A stretch of 64,000 nucleotides of DNA, from NCBI GenBank assembly GCA_037379345.1, contig CM074519.1:14734742-14798741 (forward strand), written 5' to 3'. Within the stretch, counting starts at the first letter, position 1. Every line of letters begins with the position of its first letter. This document shows positions 29,272-42,337 of the stretch, in pieces. The notes under the pieces were generated by a model that saw only the letters and a list, made by a program, of their open reading frames with translations, was not told where the DNA came from and searched no databases. Made by a program: the position numbers and the translations under genes. Source of the stretch: Perna viridis (lineage: Eukaryota).

Positions 29272-29800
29272 AATGGACATAAAAGCAAGGCTAAATAAAG
29301 CAGGCTCAGCATTTGAACAACTTCAGCACATCTGGTGGTCCAACAACTACCGTCTGAAGACCAACCTCCAATTTTACAATTGTAATGTTAAATAAGTCCT
29401 CCTGTATGGGTCTGAATGCAAGCCATGCAAGCATCATGAGATTAATAGAGGCATTTCACAACAACTGCCTTAGAAAAATAAACCACATCTTCTGGCTAAA
29501 TAAGATCAGCAACAAAGATCTGCACAAGACATGTCAAAAAAGAGCATTGCATTGCAATTAGAAATCAATCAAAGAAAAATGAGATGGCTTGGACATGTTA
29601 TGAGAATGCCCCAAGGGCACCACCTGGAAAGAGGAAGAGAGGTAGACATCATACCACCTGGCAAAAAAACTATAACATATGAAAAAGAGGAAATGGGCTA
29701 CTCATGGGGACAAGCACAGCAGTTTGTGGCAAAAGACAGAGGTAGATGGCAATTACTTGTTGAAACCAATTGTGACATAGAAGATAAATAAGTAAGTATA
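29272..29800 (+). mobile_element. RTE-clade LINE 3' fragment
   Basis: DIKARLNKAGSAF, VLLYGSE, MRWLGHVMRM and VAKDRGRWQLLV, followed by a (TAAG)n tail; stops and frameshifts present. Confidence 0.85.
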
Positions 29801-32800
29801 TGAAATTTCATCTCTATGTCCACACATAATTTTTTTGCTAAACAGTCTGTTTCTAGCTATTATACTTAGTTGTTACATAAACAATATCAATGGATCACAA
29901 CAAAATTCTAAATCATTAAGGAAAAACCATAATTAATGCACAAGGACAAATATACAATATTATGCTATAATTTCTTGAGAAAATAAAATTCTTCTGAATT
30001 TCCACATAAATAAAATGTTTTGCGAGGCGCAGCTTGATACAAACACATATATCAAAATGTAAACAGCTGCGGCAAGAATGGATTTATGTTAATACATCAT
30101 GAATTTACATTTTTGTAAGCAGCAAACAAAGAATTGACAGCAATTAAGAATAAGACAACAATTAAAGTGGCCTCTTCTTGGCTACTTAATTCCTGAATGG
30201 TTCTAGTAACAATGCCTGAAATTCAATCCCGGCCTTATGTAAGTGGCATGGGACATTGTGGTACAATTTCAAAGGGATCACGTTTGTTTATCCAACATAT
30301 TATCCAGACATCAGAAACATGCTTGTTTCTCGCCTCTTATTATGTTACAAAATTAGTGAACATATTGTTTTTACTTCTGTTTTTTTTTTAATTCTTTCTT
30401 CTAACCTCCCTCTTGTCCACGAACTTCTCTGAATAGACTGAATGGATTTATACCAAACAAAAATAGACCCCCTAGGCCCAATAAACAGATGTGCATAAAG
30501 TTTTGAAATTTTATAACATGGCCGCTATCTCAAATTAGCCATCATGTAAACTTTTAAAAAATTGTCAAAAAATCATAAAAAAATAGTAGAAAGTTCATAC
30601 TTGCATCACCACAATCTGATCAGCCACTTTGAAGTTTTAAAAATGGTTGCCATTTCAAGATGGCTACCAGTCAAAAGTATAAAAAAATTAAATAAATTCT
30701 TTGATGCGTACAAAGTGATTCTAAATGCTCCTGTGACAATGGGGAACCTTGGGGAACACCCTGTTATGCTAAGTGTAACAATTATATCTAGTGCCTGACT
30801 GGTTCAAGTCACAAAGCGAAAAATCAATTGCAGCCTTCCTTTAGTGGTATGGCTCCTTTTGGTACAAAATCAAAGAGATCAAATCACTTGTACTAAACTC
30901 ACTCTTCTGAAATCATAAAAAAAACATATTTCTGGCCCTTTTATGACCCCTTTTCACAAAACAGCTCAAGGAACAATCCCAAAATCAATCAATCAACTAG
31001 CCTTCCTTTTGTGATATGCAATCTTGTGGTACAATTTCAAAAATATTAATAAAATTTCCATTCACTAACAGTCAAGTAACTGTCTTTACATCATAAATAT
31101 GATTGTTTCTAGTCCCATTTTGCCCCCTCATTCCTATATTTATTCAAGTTACAATTCCCAAAACCAACCACAGCCTTAATCCTTTAAATGTACCACACCT
31201 TGTTGTTTAACTTAAAGAGATCCGTTCACTTTTAGTCAAGTTATTGTCTGGACAATTCATTAAAATGCTTGTTTCTGGTTCTATTTTGATCCCTAACAAG
31301 GACATTGACCCTAACAGCATGACACCGTAATACTAAAGCCAACTTTTTTTGGTCATATAACAAATTATATTTGTCTATAAATCTGAACCAGGAAAGTTAT
31401 TTCCAGTATAATGCATTTTCATATGTATGGAAATGCCTAATTAACTATCAATTAAACGTTATAAATACGATATAAACTGTACAAGCTCTATAACTTTTAA
31501 ATAAAAAAATACTGATATTCCCAATTCAGAGTGACTCCAAATTTGCAGTAGTTGTCTTTCAATGGAACAAACATTTTGAACTGAATAAATAGGAAAATAC
31601 ACTTCTGCTTTCCTTAAAGTATACTTTAATGACCAATGTACAATGATAACAAAAATAAAGTAAAATAAATTTAAGCTGGGGCTGAAAAATATAACAATAT
31701 AAAAGAATATTACGGCCAACAACATGCAAAGAATATATTAAGCTACCACAAAACAGGAGTCTTTACATGATATCTGCAATAAAGAAAGACAACTCTGCAA
31801 AAGGGAGACAAATTCTTCAGACTAAAGGCAGGGAATGCATCAGAACACAAGAATGAAAGACAACCATTTCAATATATTGCATTGCACACACCCTATCTAT
31901 TAAGTATTATTACAAAAATTATATTTATAAACACATATATCAACAACCAATAAAGTTAATCCAAAATAAAAGAAACCAATAATAAATATAATGTACATAT
32001 GTAATAAAAAAAAAACCTTATAGTGACTTGACCTGATTCTGTGTAATGGAATTCCAATTGGTCTTTGGTAATGGAGAGGCGGTGAACATGTGATTGAATG
32101 TGTACAAATGTCAAATTTAACATCTAAGCAGAAATTAAACTTCAGCAAGCTCTTTCTAAAATTAAAAAAAAATTGTATAATTGTAAATCTATGAAAAAAA
32201 AAAATATTCTAAAATCATTTTTCAAAACAATTCAATTTTTCAACTGCATTTCCTTTTCTAAAGTGCTTAGAGGTAAAAAAATGAGGTGATATATAAAGAA
32301 TAATAGCTACTTTTGATTTAAATACTGACAATATCATGAAGAATATCTCAAAATAAATGAAATATTCTACATTATAGGGTCAAAATCAGAAGTAGCTATT
32401 ATTCTGTTTCTTGGTAATCCAATTATTGCTTTTTTAATCATTTAATTATTGGCTACCTTTTACATGCAAAAATCTAGTAGTGCAACAACACTGTTGGTGT
32501 AGACAACATTTTCATTCAAAACTCTTAAGAAGATCTGATGACATTACCACATCCCCCAAAGTGACAAATATTTTTGAATATTCTGTCATATATGAGAGAC
32601 AGAGAAATATCTGTCAACAAGACCAAAGGAAAAATGTTCAGATTACCAATAAATACTCCTGTAATGTTTAAGTGAACATCTGCAAAGAAATATCTTGAAG
32701 GTATAAAAATGTTCCATATGGGTCCTTTCTTTCAAATAGAAAAAATACATATCTGATCAATGGACTTCTCTAAAAATCTAAATATTATATAATACTTTAT

Positions 32801-33030
32801 ACATATGACATACTGGTAATTATCCCTTTACCACAAGTCAACAGTCAATTCCTAGTATCTCTTTCCACTCCTTTCTCTCTACTCATCACTACAGTTGTAT
32901 TACTATATTCCAGTACAGTTACAATCTCCTTTTATTCCATTCCAACATTACATGATTCTCTTTCAGTTCTCTTCTTCACCCACTTATTTAAACTCTTTGG
33001 TGAACCTAGCTCATCCCCCAAAAAAATATG

Positions 33031-33271
33031 TCAATATGACTCCACAATATTTTCCCATATTGAGTTTAAAAGGCCTGTTGATTTGTCTTTAAAGCTTTTC
33101 ATGCTGGACATATCACTATCACTGTCACTGGTGCTCTCCTGTCCAGAATATTCTAGAGAGTTTTCCTGTATAGGCGAGCATTTATTGTCGAATGCCTGAT
33201 GTGCACGTTTCCCAACTTTTAGAAAGTTCTCAAGCTTTTGCATGCAGGCATCCTGATAGTCATGAACCCAT
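33031..33271 (-). CDS. SARM1: SARM1 alternative last exon A (WVHDYQDACMQKLENFLKVG...SIWENIVESY*), 951-aa isoform
   Basis: Acceptor cctgtag|A, phase 2, matching the donor at 35442. Encodes the TIR EE loop and last helix; stop at 33031-33033. Minus-strand AATAAA at 32931-32936. Confidence 0.85.
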
Positions 33272-34552
33272 CTACAGGTATAAAAAGGACCATGTTAATT
33301 AAGGGTCAATAAAGGCCTTCTACATAAATTAAATTTCCGTAAGTCAAAAGTCACAAAAGTCTATAAAACAGAAAAGGTGAAAGAAGTCAACAGAGAAAAA
33401 AGAAAGTACATGTGCAAAACTAAGATGATGTACACGTTCCTTTGTATCATATATTGTAATTGTTTATGAAGACTGGTTTATTGACATTATAAATGTTTAT
33501 TGTAAATGTTTTCTAAAACCATTGTTTCTTTTCTAAATAAAAAAAGGAAGTTGAATTTAGTTCAGTAAAACATTGATAAATTAAAGGATTTTATCGAAAG
33601 TATCAATTTCATTCAAATACAAGATTGAGTAAATTAGGTCTGTTATAAGTAGGAAATGGTAATACACAATGTATCTAACATGAGGAATCATAATTGGCAG
33701 TTGTTTAAGGAAGTTTAGGCGTGTACACCATCTGAGTATTGTACATAGTTGCGTAGAAGTACCTTTTTTTTTTTTTTTTAAATTAACATTTATTATCTTT
33801 TTAATTGTGCAGTTTGGAGAATTTAGAGAAAATATGTGGCCATCCAGACTATTGATTGACAAATATCATCAGGACTTCAAATATTTACCAGGACAATTAT
33901 AAAGGACATAGACAACTACAATACAACAACAAAAGCCTAGAAATCAACAAAAATGCTATACCTGTAGATTGAGTCTCATGAAACTTATCACTGAAAGCTC
34001 TCAAATGACAGCTTTAAAAAAGATGGCAATTAAAGCTAAGCTGACGCAAAATGGAAGTATAAAAAACATGTACATCCAACTTAAGCTGAAATATGATAAA
34101 TATGCATATCTTTTAATATAGATGCACTAGTCCATCCAATTGAAAAAGGACTGTGATAACTAGCTAACTAAAATGTAAAATAACAACTAAGCAAGTGCCA
34201 TAAAACTAAAGAGCTATATAGAAAAGGCTTGCAATAAGCAAAAAGAAAGGCTAAATGCTTGATATGTTAATTTTAGCTCATGACATGATGATAAATCATA
34301 TTATTGTGAGAGTACTATCGCTCCTGAAGTACCAATTTTCATGGATTTCGTGGGAAGGCAAACCATGAAATTTGATTCCCAATGAAAAGGATTATTTCTC
34401 CAAAGGTGTATGACAGGATACTAAAAAAAAAAAACAACACAAATTCAAGAATCCAAGAATGTGAGCTTTTCCCATAAACCACGAAAATTGATACCCACAA
34501 ATATACATGTACATGTAAGTACTTTAAACAGTATTCTATTTCAATCAATTAA

Positions 34553-34921
34553 GGACGAACAATAAGAATAACAAGGACTTCAAAGGGTTGTGAAATATTA
34601 TAAGATCTTTCATGCTAGAACAGCATAAGAAGAAATAATGGATAGGTCAGTGAGCTAATTTTGAGATATAACCTTTTGAAATTTTGGCGGGAAAAAGATT
34701 TTCCAAAAGTTTTGTCTTAGTAGGTTTTATTTTTTATACCACAGACGAAATAACAATGATTTCATAAAAACTTCGCAAATAACATTTCAAGGTGTGTTTC
34801 ATGAAATTATGAAATGAAAAGTGGAGATCACTGGGCAAAAAATATAAATGCTATGAAATTGATAAAACCAGAGGAGTCTAAAAATCTGACAAAAATGACT
34901 AAACATGACCAGTAAACATCC
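34553..34921. mobile_element. Possible TTAA-specific (Kolobok-like) non-autonomous element
   Basis: TTAA|GGA...TCC|TTAG with short weak termini. Confidence 0.35.
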
Positions 34922-35441
34922 TTAGTTGTAATTTTAAACATAAGTGTAAGCAGCTATTACAGACAGAGCTGGATAAAAACCTGTTCTTTACTAAGTGAAG
35001 AATTTTTTTTCTATACAAGTGGCGATATATAGATGTTTATCATGTAAAAATTAAAATAAAAAATCATCTTTTAAATTTCAGGAATTTTCTAGACTTTGAT
35101 TCAAAAACACAAGTAAAAGTGTTACAATCAATTTAATCTAATTCATACAGAAAGTGGAATCTATACAACATTTTATGTCAAGTCAAAACAAATTTCTTCA
35201 CATTCTCTGTTTGTATACATGACAAATGTAACATACATGTATATCAATAAGTGTTAATTATAAACATGTTTTTCATAAGTTTCACATGCTGTTACTAATT
35301 ATCTTGAAAGTTCATATGTAGAAGTTATGGTCAGGATATAAAATATTAGTATATATTCCTCATTGTAAATGAAGAAACAAAGAAAAGCCGCTATGCTTTT
35401 TAATTAATTATCCATTTCTTTAGCATGTATAATATTCTTAC

Positions 35442-35563
35442 CTTACACCATTAAAGTAAACAACCTGTTGCATATCTTCTGGTAAACTCTCAGGTGTTGG
35501 CCAGTCAAAACTGTCAAGTACTGGGATAATATTACAATCACTGTCTAATGCTGTAACAACCTC
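35442..35563 (-). CDS. SARM1: SARM1 exon: TIR, starting with the catalytic Glu ([41 protein letters not shown])
   Basis: Translated by hand. Acceptor ctatag|GAG and donor AG|GTAAGA; 122 nt, phase 0/2. DWVHK-E matches human E642. Confidence 0.93.
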
Positions 35564-36118
35564 CTATAGATAAAATTAAAGAACTTTAAAGAGCTTGTTC
35601 ACAATACCTGACAAGCCTATCATTATATTCTTCTTTAAGATTGATTTCTGTGGACAATTTTTTATTGACTACTCACTTTCAGTGGTAAGGGATTAAATTT
35701 TAAGAAGGGGCCATTTTCAGGATTTTTTAAAGATAATGACAATTTGAAAGAGCCATTTGTTAAAAAAAGCATATGATTCTCTTTTATATGAAGAGGCCAT
35801 TTCCAGCCAGAAAGGGCAAAAGGTCCATGGTCCCTTGCCTTCCCAACACAGTTCTGACACACAATTTGCTACTGTTTCTAAAATACCCATCCCCAAACAG
35901 CAATCAGTACTATTTTTATTGACAATATGCATGTCTCCATATGATAACCTAACACTCCATTCAAAATTAGACCAGAAATAAATCATTTTTTGGGTTGTGG
36001 CCCCCGTTTGCCCCTTATAACTAAAAAAAGACATATCTGAAATCTGATAGAAATTAGCAGGCAGGAATTTTAATAAGGAATCCAATAAAAATTTTTTTTT
36101 TAAATCAGACCAAAAATA

Positions 36119-37970
36119 AACAAGAGGCTTCCAGGAGTCTGAATCACTCACCTGGTTAAATTTTTGCTTTTCAAGGGCAATAACTCTAACAAGGAGTTGT
36201 CCAACAACTTTCTTCAAAAAAGACTTTGGTAGGACTTATCCTAAGGATTGTTTCATCAAATGAAAGTTTCTTTCTGTCCATTATAGTTTTCAATATATTG
36301 ACTGAAAACTGGTAAAAACATTTTTTTTTCACCTTTCAGGGACAGTACCTCAAACAAGGAGTCGTCTGACAACTTGGTCCCATGCAGTCATTTTTAGGTA
36401 TTGTCATAAGGATCATTTCAAGAATTGAAAGTTTGTTTCTATCAATCAAAGTTTTCAAGATACTGGTACTAGCTGAAAACTGTAAAAAAAAAAACCCATC
36501 ATTTTTCAGCTTTCAAGAGAAATAACTATTACGATGAGTTGTCCAATAACTTTGATCCAATGCAGCCTTTGAACGGCATTATAATAAAGATCATTTCAAC
36601 ACAAAATATATTTGGCTAAACCTAACACTTTTGGAGATATATGAGAAAAACTTTTGACTGACCCCATTGTTCTATTTTTAGTAACAGTGGCAGTGTTTTT
36701 CAAGGGATCAAAAATCCTTATATCAGTTCCATGCATAGTTTGGTTCTAATTGGTCAGAGAAGGTGATTTTGAAAGAAAAACCTGAAAAGAGTAAAAAAAA
36801 ACGTCAAAAAAGACAATAACTACCACATGGCTTAACAGATTTATATGAAAATATGACTATTGATAGATCTCGTCATGCTAAACATTTTTATCCCTTTCGT
36901 ATGTCAGAATTTGGCTAATCCATACAGTTTTGGAGATACAGTGAAACTTCTCCAAACAGGCCACTGCTGGGACAAGAGGAAATGGCTGGTTTATAGGGGT
37001 GGCTGGTTTGGTGAAAAACAGCAATGCATTCTAAGAGTTGTCTACCTTTATGTTTTTTATAACCCTACTGTCGTCAGGACATGTTTGATGTCAATTCAAA
37101 ATTTTGGGCCTTTTCATTCCATTTCAAAGCTTGCATCATTTGTAAATGGTTTTATTGAAAATAATGTTCAAGACTTACAAAGAATGGGTATTAAAGATCA
37201 AAGGGCTATTGATGGTAATTAATCATTCGTTCTGTTTTATTAAACTAACTTTCAACAAAGTTTAATCATTTCACTTCTTCATTATTTGGGCTTGGATACA
37301 TATCACATTAATGAACAATTTTAAGATAACACTATTAAATGACTCCAATTGTCTGATGTGTCATGTGTGTAAACGCCTATTAAAAACCATCCAGTGGCAA
37401 AAGATGATGTCTGGATTAAATTGTTTGTTTAAACATCTGTCCACTCAAATAAGCATTTGTCCATTGATGGAATGTAACCTGGTCAGTGAAGGAATGATTA
37501 ATTACATAATCATTTACTGTTTTGCTGACACATTTATTACCAGTCGGCCGGAACAGAGAGGTTGTTTTTACATGAATTATGTAATTAAAACTTTGAAAAA
37601 CCAGCGGATGTACAGTTTGGGGTAGTGGCTGGTCTATTGAAAACAAAACATACAGATTTTTAGGTATATCAGCCAGGACTTTTGAAAACACCCAGTTAGG
37701 AGAAGTTTCACTGTATATGGAAAAAACTTCTGTCTGACCCGTATGTTCTATTTTTAGTAACTGCGGACATGTTTTTAGACAGATAAAAAATCCCCACATC
37801 AGTTTTATGCAGAATACCCTAAGAAACATTCTTACCAAGTTTGGTTCTGACTGGCCTAGTAGTTTTAGAGGAAAAGAGTTTTTAAAAAATTGTTAATGAT
37901 AACAAAGGACAATGACGGACGACAAGTGATGGCAATAGCTCACATGGACTTTTGCCAGGTGAGCTAAAAA
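36119..37970 (+). mobile_element. Helentron/HINE-like element carrying a nested MITE
   Basis: aacaagaggc...cactcacctgg start; gctcacatgg...ccaggtgagctaaaa end. Confidence 0.7.
36939..37713. mobile_element. Tc1/mariner-type MITE with TA target duplication
   Basis: TA-CAGTGAAACTTCTC...GAGAAGTTTCACTG-TA; removing it restores the host repeat unit ggagatatatg. Confidence 0.85.
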
Positions 37971-38784
37971 AATTATTTTTAGGGTGTGGCCCCACTTTGG
38001 CCCCTTTATATTGAAAATACTAAATGTTATTATTAATCTGTTATATTCTCAACACAGAATTTTATAAGAAAAAAATTATTGAAGAATTTTCAAAATTGAA
38101 TATTAAATACTTAAATAGCATGCTTTTTCTAGCACTAAGTAACCAACATATATCCAGTTTCAAGAAATACAACTTAGGTAATCCACAGGAACAAAAAATT
38201 AACAATGCTGACGACAATCATGAAACCGAAAACGACAACGACAGCATCATGACATAATATGACCGCAAAAATTGCAGATTTATAAAAAATGGCAAAATGT
38301 TCATAATTTTTAAATGTGCTAAAAATTGAACTTATACTGTATTTTATGCTACTAAACAACTGCGCAAAGTTTCAAACATTTTCATGGTGTATACATTCCA
38401 CACCAAGACATTTTCAGAATTCATTTGGAAATGGACAATTTTTGTCATTTATCAGAGAAATTAAAGCTAAGTGATATTCCTAGCACCATAAAGATTGATT
38501 TGTCTCCCTTATGATACATTCCCTATAACTGCCAGACTAAACATACATGTAGCTCAGATAGATATAAAGGGAGAAGCTTTAACCCTTTTGCTGGACAATA
38601 GTAATATTTTAATTTCAAAATCCAAAAATCTGTGTTCCATATACATATAATGGTACATGTATGTTTTTTTCCTGTGTATATACTTTCTGCAGAAGTTTGC
38701 CAAAAGATTATACACAGTATTGAAAATATCATGACCACTTTAAGAATAGAAGATTCACTTGATTCCAAAGAAATGAACTCTTAC

Positions 38785-38974
38785 CTTATGAACCCAATCC
38801 TGAAGATCTGTATCACCACAACATCTATCAAGAGCATTTGGAGTCAGCACCAACAGGAAGTGCCGAGACAGTTTTATATTAAGTAATAAATTCTCATCAA
38901 ATTTTCCTGCCCTTAGTCTGTCAATATCCAAAAATACTGTAAATCCTCTTAACTGCAGATGTACCTTCAGTAAA
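38785..38974 (-). CDS. SARM1: SARM1 exon: TIR BB loop ([26 protein letters not shown]...DWVHK)
   Basis: Acceptor tttccag|T and donor AAG|GTAAGA; 190 nt, phase 2/0. Confidence 0.95.
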
Positions 38975-39006
38975 CTGGAAAGGAACAAAGATCATGGTTT
39001 ATACTT

Positions 39007-39392
39007 GTATTGATAGATATACCATCTCACCAAATATTAAGTATTGATGGAAATACCATCTCCCCAAGTATTGATAGAGATTCCATCTCACCAAGTAATG
39101 ATTGAGATACCTTCTCACCAAGAAATGATAGAAATACCACACCACCAAGTATTGATAGAGATACCATCTCCCCATGTAATGATAGAGATACCATCTCCCC
39201 ATGTAATGATAGAGATACCATCTCACCAAGTAGTGATAGAGATACCATCACACCAAGTATTGATAGAGATACCATCTCACCAAGTATTGATAGAGATAAC
39301 ATCTCCCCATGTAATGACAGAGATGCCATCTCCCCAAGAATTGACAGAGATACCATCTCCCCAAGTATTGATAGCGATACCATCTGACCAAG
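39007..39392. repeat. 27-bp minisatellite, about 14 copies
   Basis: Unit gtattgatagagataccatctcaccaa; produces the 9-aa periodic ORFs on both strands. Confidence 0.95.
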
Positions 39393-39588
39393 CACTGAAC
39401 CATCTTTATTTATAAATTAATGTATTCATTGTTACTGTAGCGTTGTCATTTTAGACTCTTTAAGACATATGACAGTTATTTTTTTTTAAATTACAATTTT
39501 TTTGCATTATAGCATCACAAAAAATTCTGAACAAAAGCACTGCATGGAATGGGACCAAGAGCATGATGATTTTCTATAAGCACCTGCT

Positions 39589-39795
39589 TAGCCAAGAGCA
39601 CCTAATTTGCCAAGAGTACCTGATTTCCTAAGATTACCATGATATGCCAAGAGTACCTGATTTCCTAAGATTACCATGATATGCCAAGAGTACCTGATTT
39701 CCTAAGATTACCATGATATGCCAAGAGTACCTGATTTCCTAAGATTACCATGATATGCCAAGAGTACCTGATTTGCCAAGAAAACCATGATTTGC
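39589..39795. repeat. 37-bp tandem repeat, about 5 copies
   Basis: Unit gccaagagtacctgatttcctaagattaccatgatat. Confidence 0.92.
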
Positions 39796-42337
39796 TAACA
39801 GAACCTGACATCAATCTTTCTGACCAAGTCAACAGCATCAAAGCAATTCAAATAATAACAAAGCTCAAAGAAATCTGAATTCTTTAAATTTGTAAATATT
39901 GTGCTTTTCAAGTGATTAGAGTTAACATTGAAAGAATAACAACACAGGTAGATTAGTTCATTCTTCTGTGACATTACCTATCTAAATTGTAAGTTTGTTG
40001 AAAAATCTCTTTTTTATTTGTATTAAATGCATTTTGAAAAAAAGAAACAAACAACAAAACAAAATTTAAATCAAAACTTATTTAATAAGAAAGCAAACCA
40101 AACATATCAATTAAAAACACAATTAACCCAAAATATCAAATCATGTAAACAAATAAAGCACACACAAAAAAAACAACAAAACCTGAGAAAAAATGGGACT
40201 TAAACATCAGCTTCAACAAAAAAAGAATAATATATAGTAAAATAGAAGCTACAATGTACTACCATATGTTATATTTTAAAAATTCAGAAAGTATCACTGA
40301 AAATTAGAAGATAATAATAGAATGCTTTGTAAGTGTAAGCTTGACATGACCACAGAGGTCTATAATTAGTAATAAAAATTTAATAATCTCTTATAAAATG
40401 TGCTAACTAAAAAAAATAATACTATAATCCTACGATATGCACACTGGTAGGTCATAATAAAATTGAAAAAGTTTAAGCCTCCTTCAAACGAAGAAGTGAA
40501 ACTAACACTGAGTATTTTTTTTGGCTTTTATATGTTAAATCAAGCTGACATTAAAACATGGTAGCAAGACAATGCAAGTAAATAGTAATACCATTCATAG
40601 AAACAAAACAGAGTCAATTCCCAAAGTGACCAATACAACTCATGTTAGGGTACCAGTCATTTCTAACATTGAATTTCTTATAAAATACACATGTAATCTA
40701 ATCTGTTATTCTGACAGTGTCCTCTGCATCAAATGCTTGGATGACTACAGAATTAAGATTGTTGAAAGAAGACTATACCAAAAGCGGTTGAAAGAAAAGA
40801 TTGATAAAAGAGATAGAAAGAGGCTTCAAACACTGCTGCATGTGGACCAGCTACAAATTCCTGCTGAAATAATAGTTATTCAAGAGCAGTCTGGCAACAA
40901 TGCACCAGTTGTCACAAGAAGCATCAAGTGTCAAAGAAGCTATAATTTTTCACATTAATCATGAGAAATACTATAATCCCTTTTGTCACAGGAGCCCCTG
41001 TATCATTTGTTAGTACATGTAGTGATTTCTTTAATAAATCAAATGTGTATGTAAGACACAAAGGATGCCCCTGCTCACTAGATTTGCCAAATTAAGAACA
41101 TGTTTATTTTGTAAGAAGACATGGTTTGCAGATTCAGAAAGGTATGTACTGTTGGTTGATGCAGTAAATATTTGGTATGTTCGGAGAAGCACTGCAAAAA
41201 TACTTGGGATGAGAAAAAGAGGACTGATGGACGGACTGGTTGACACATAAAAAATGTTAATACCTCCATTTACAAATTCCTAACTTTGTTGCTTGGAGTA
41301 TACTTCTGACAAAAATTACAAAGTCCAACTATCACCCAGTTACATAATATTCCACAAAAATCAAGATCCTATGACCTTGAACACCATCATTATGTGTAGA
41401 AACACCCAGGAGCCCCCACGTCATTTGTTAGTGTTAATTTTTTTTTAGTAAATCAAATGTGTCTGTAAAACACTGATGATGCCCCCGCTCTCTAGATCTG
41501 CCAAATTAGGAACATGTTTATTTTTGTATGAAGACATGGTTTGCAGATTCAGAAATCCTTCCATGACTTGAGATACTCATGACCTGTGAGTTCAGCTCAA
41601 TCCTTCCAAGACTGGCAATGACAAATTGTTCCAGTACCGCAATTCAAAAAATCTGGGGATCAATTTTGGGATCAGAAATTCCTAAATATATGCATATCTA
41701 CTTATTTTATCCTGGCCATATAGTGTCATAAGATTATGTTTGGTAGCATAATATTTCATGAAAATCAAGATCCTATGACCTTGCATACCATCATTATGTG
41801 TAGAAACATCCAGCAAAATGTATTTTAGATGTAGCTCAAAAACTACAGGAGGAGATAGCCAAACAAGCCATATAACCCTATTTCTGATGAAAATAACTAA
41901 GTCTAACTTTCACCAGTTTCTGTAATATATCATGAAAATCAAAATCCTTTGACCCTGCACACTTTCATCATGTGTAGAAATATTCTGTAAAATATCTTAT
42001 ATGTAGTTCAAAAACTGTACGAGGAGATAGCCGTACAAGCCATGATCATGTGTAATCCGGATGGACAGACAGAAACATGTAAATTAATGTGCCCCAGACT
42101 GTTTGTCGCGGGGCCTTAAAAAAATTTGACAGTGTGTAAGAGTTGAAAAAAAAGTGCAAGTATTTTTTATACATGAGACATAAATTGAGATTGGAAACAA
42201 AACAATTATCGGTATATCAAGAATGGGCTTTCACGTAAAAATACCAATCAAATAAAAGTCTTCTCATGTTTTGGGGACGTATTCTATACAATGGAATGGG
42301 AACTCCAACACCAGTCAGGGTTAACTTTAGCAGTAAA

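Noticed and set aside
35717-36217. 166-aa minus-strand ORF in a SARM1 intron
   Set aside because: Crosses a repeat-element boundary, has no recognisable domain, and the flanking exons already join in phase.
38999-39415. Repetitive ORFs on both strands (LGEMVSLSI and IEIPSHQV repeats)
   Set aside because: By-product of a 27-bp minisatellite whose unit is a multiple of three; no coding evidence.
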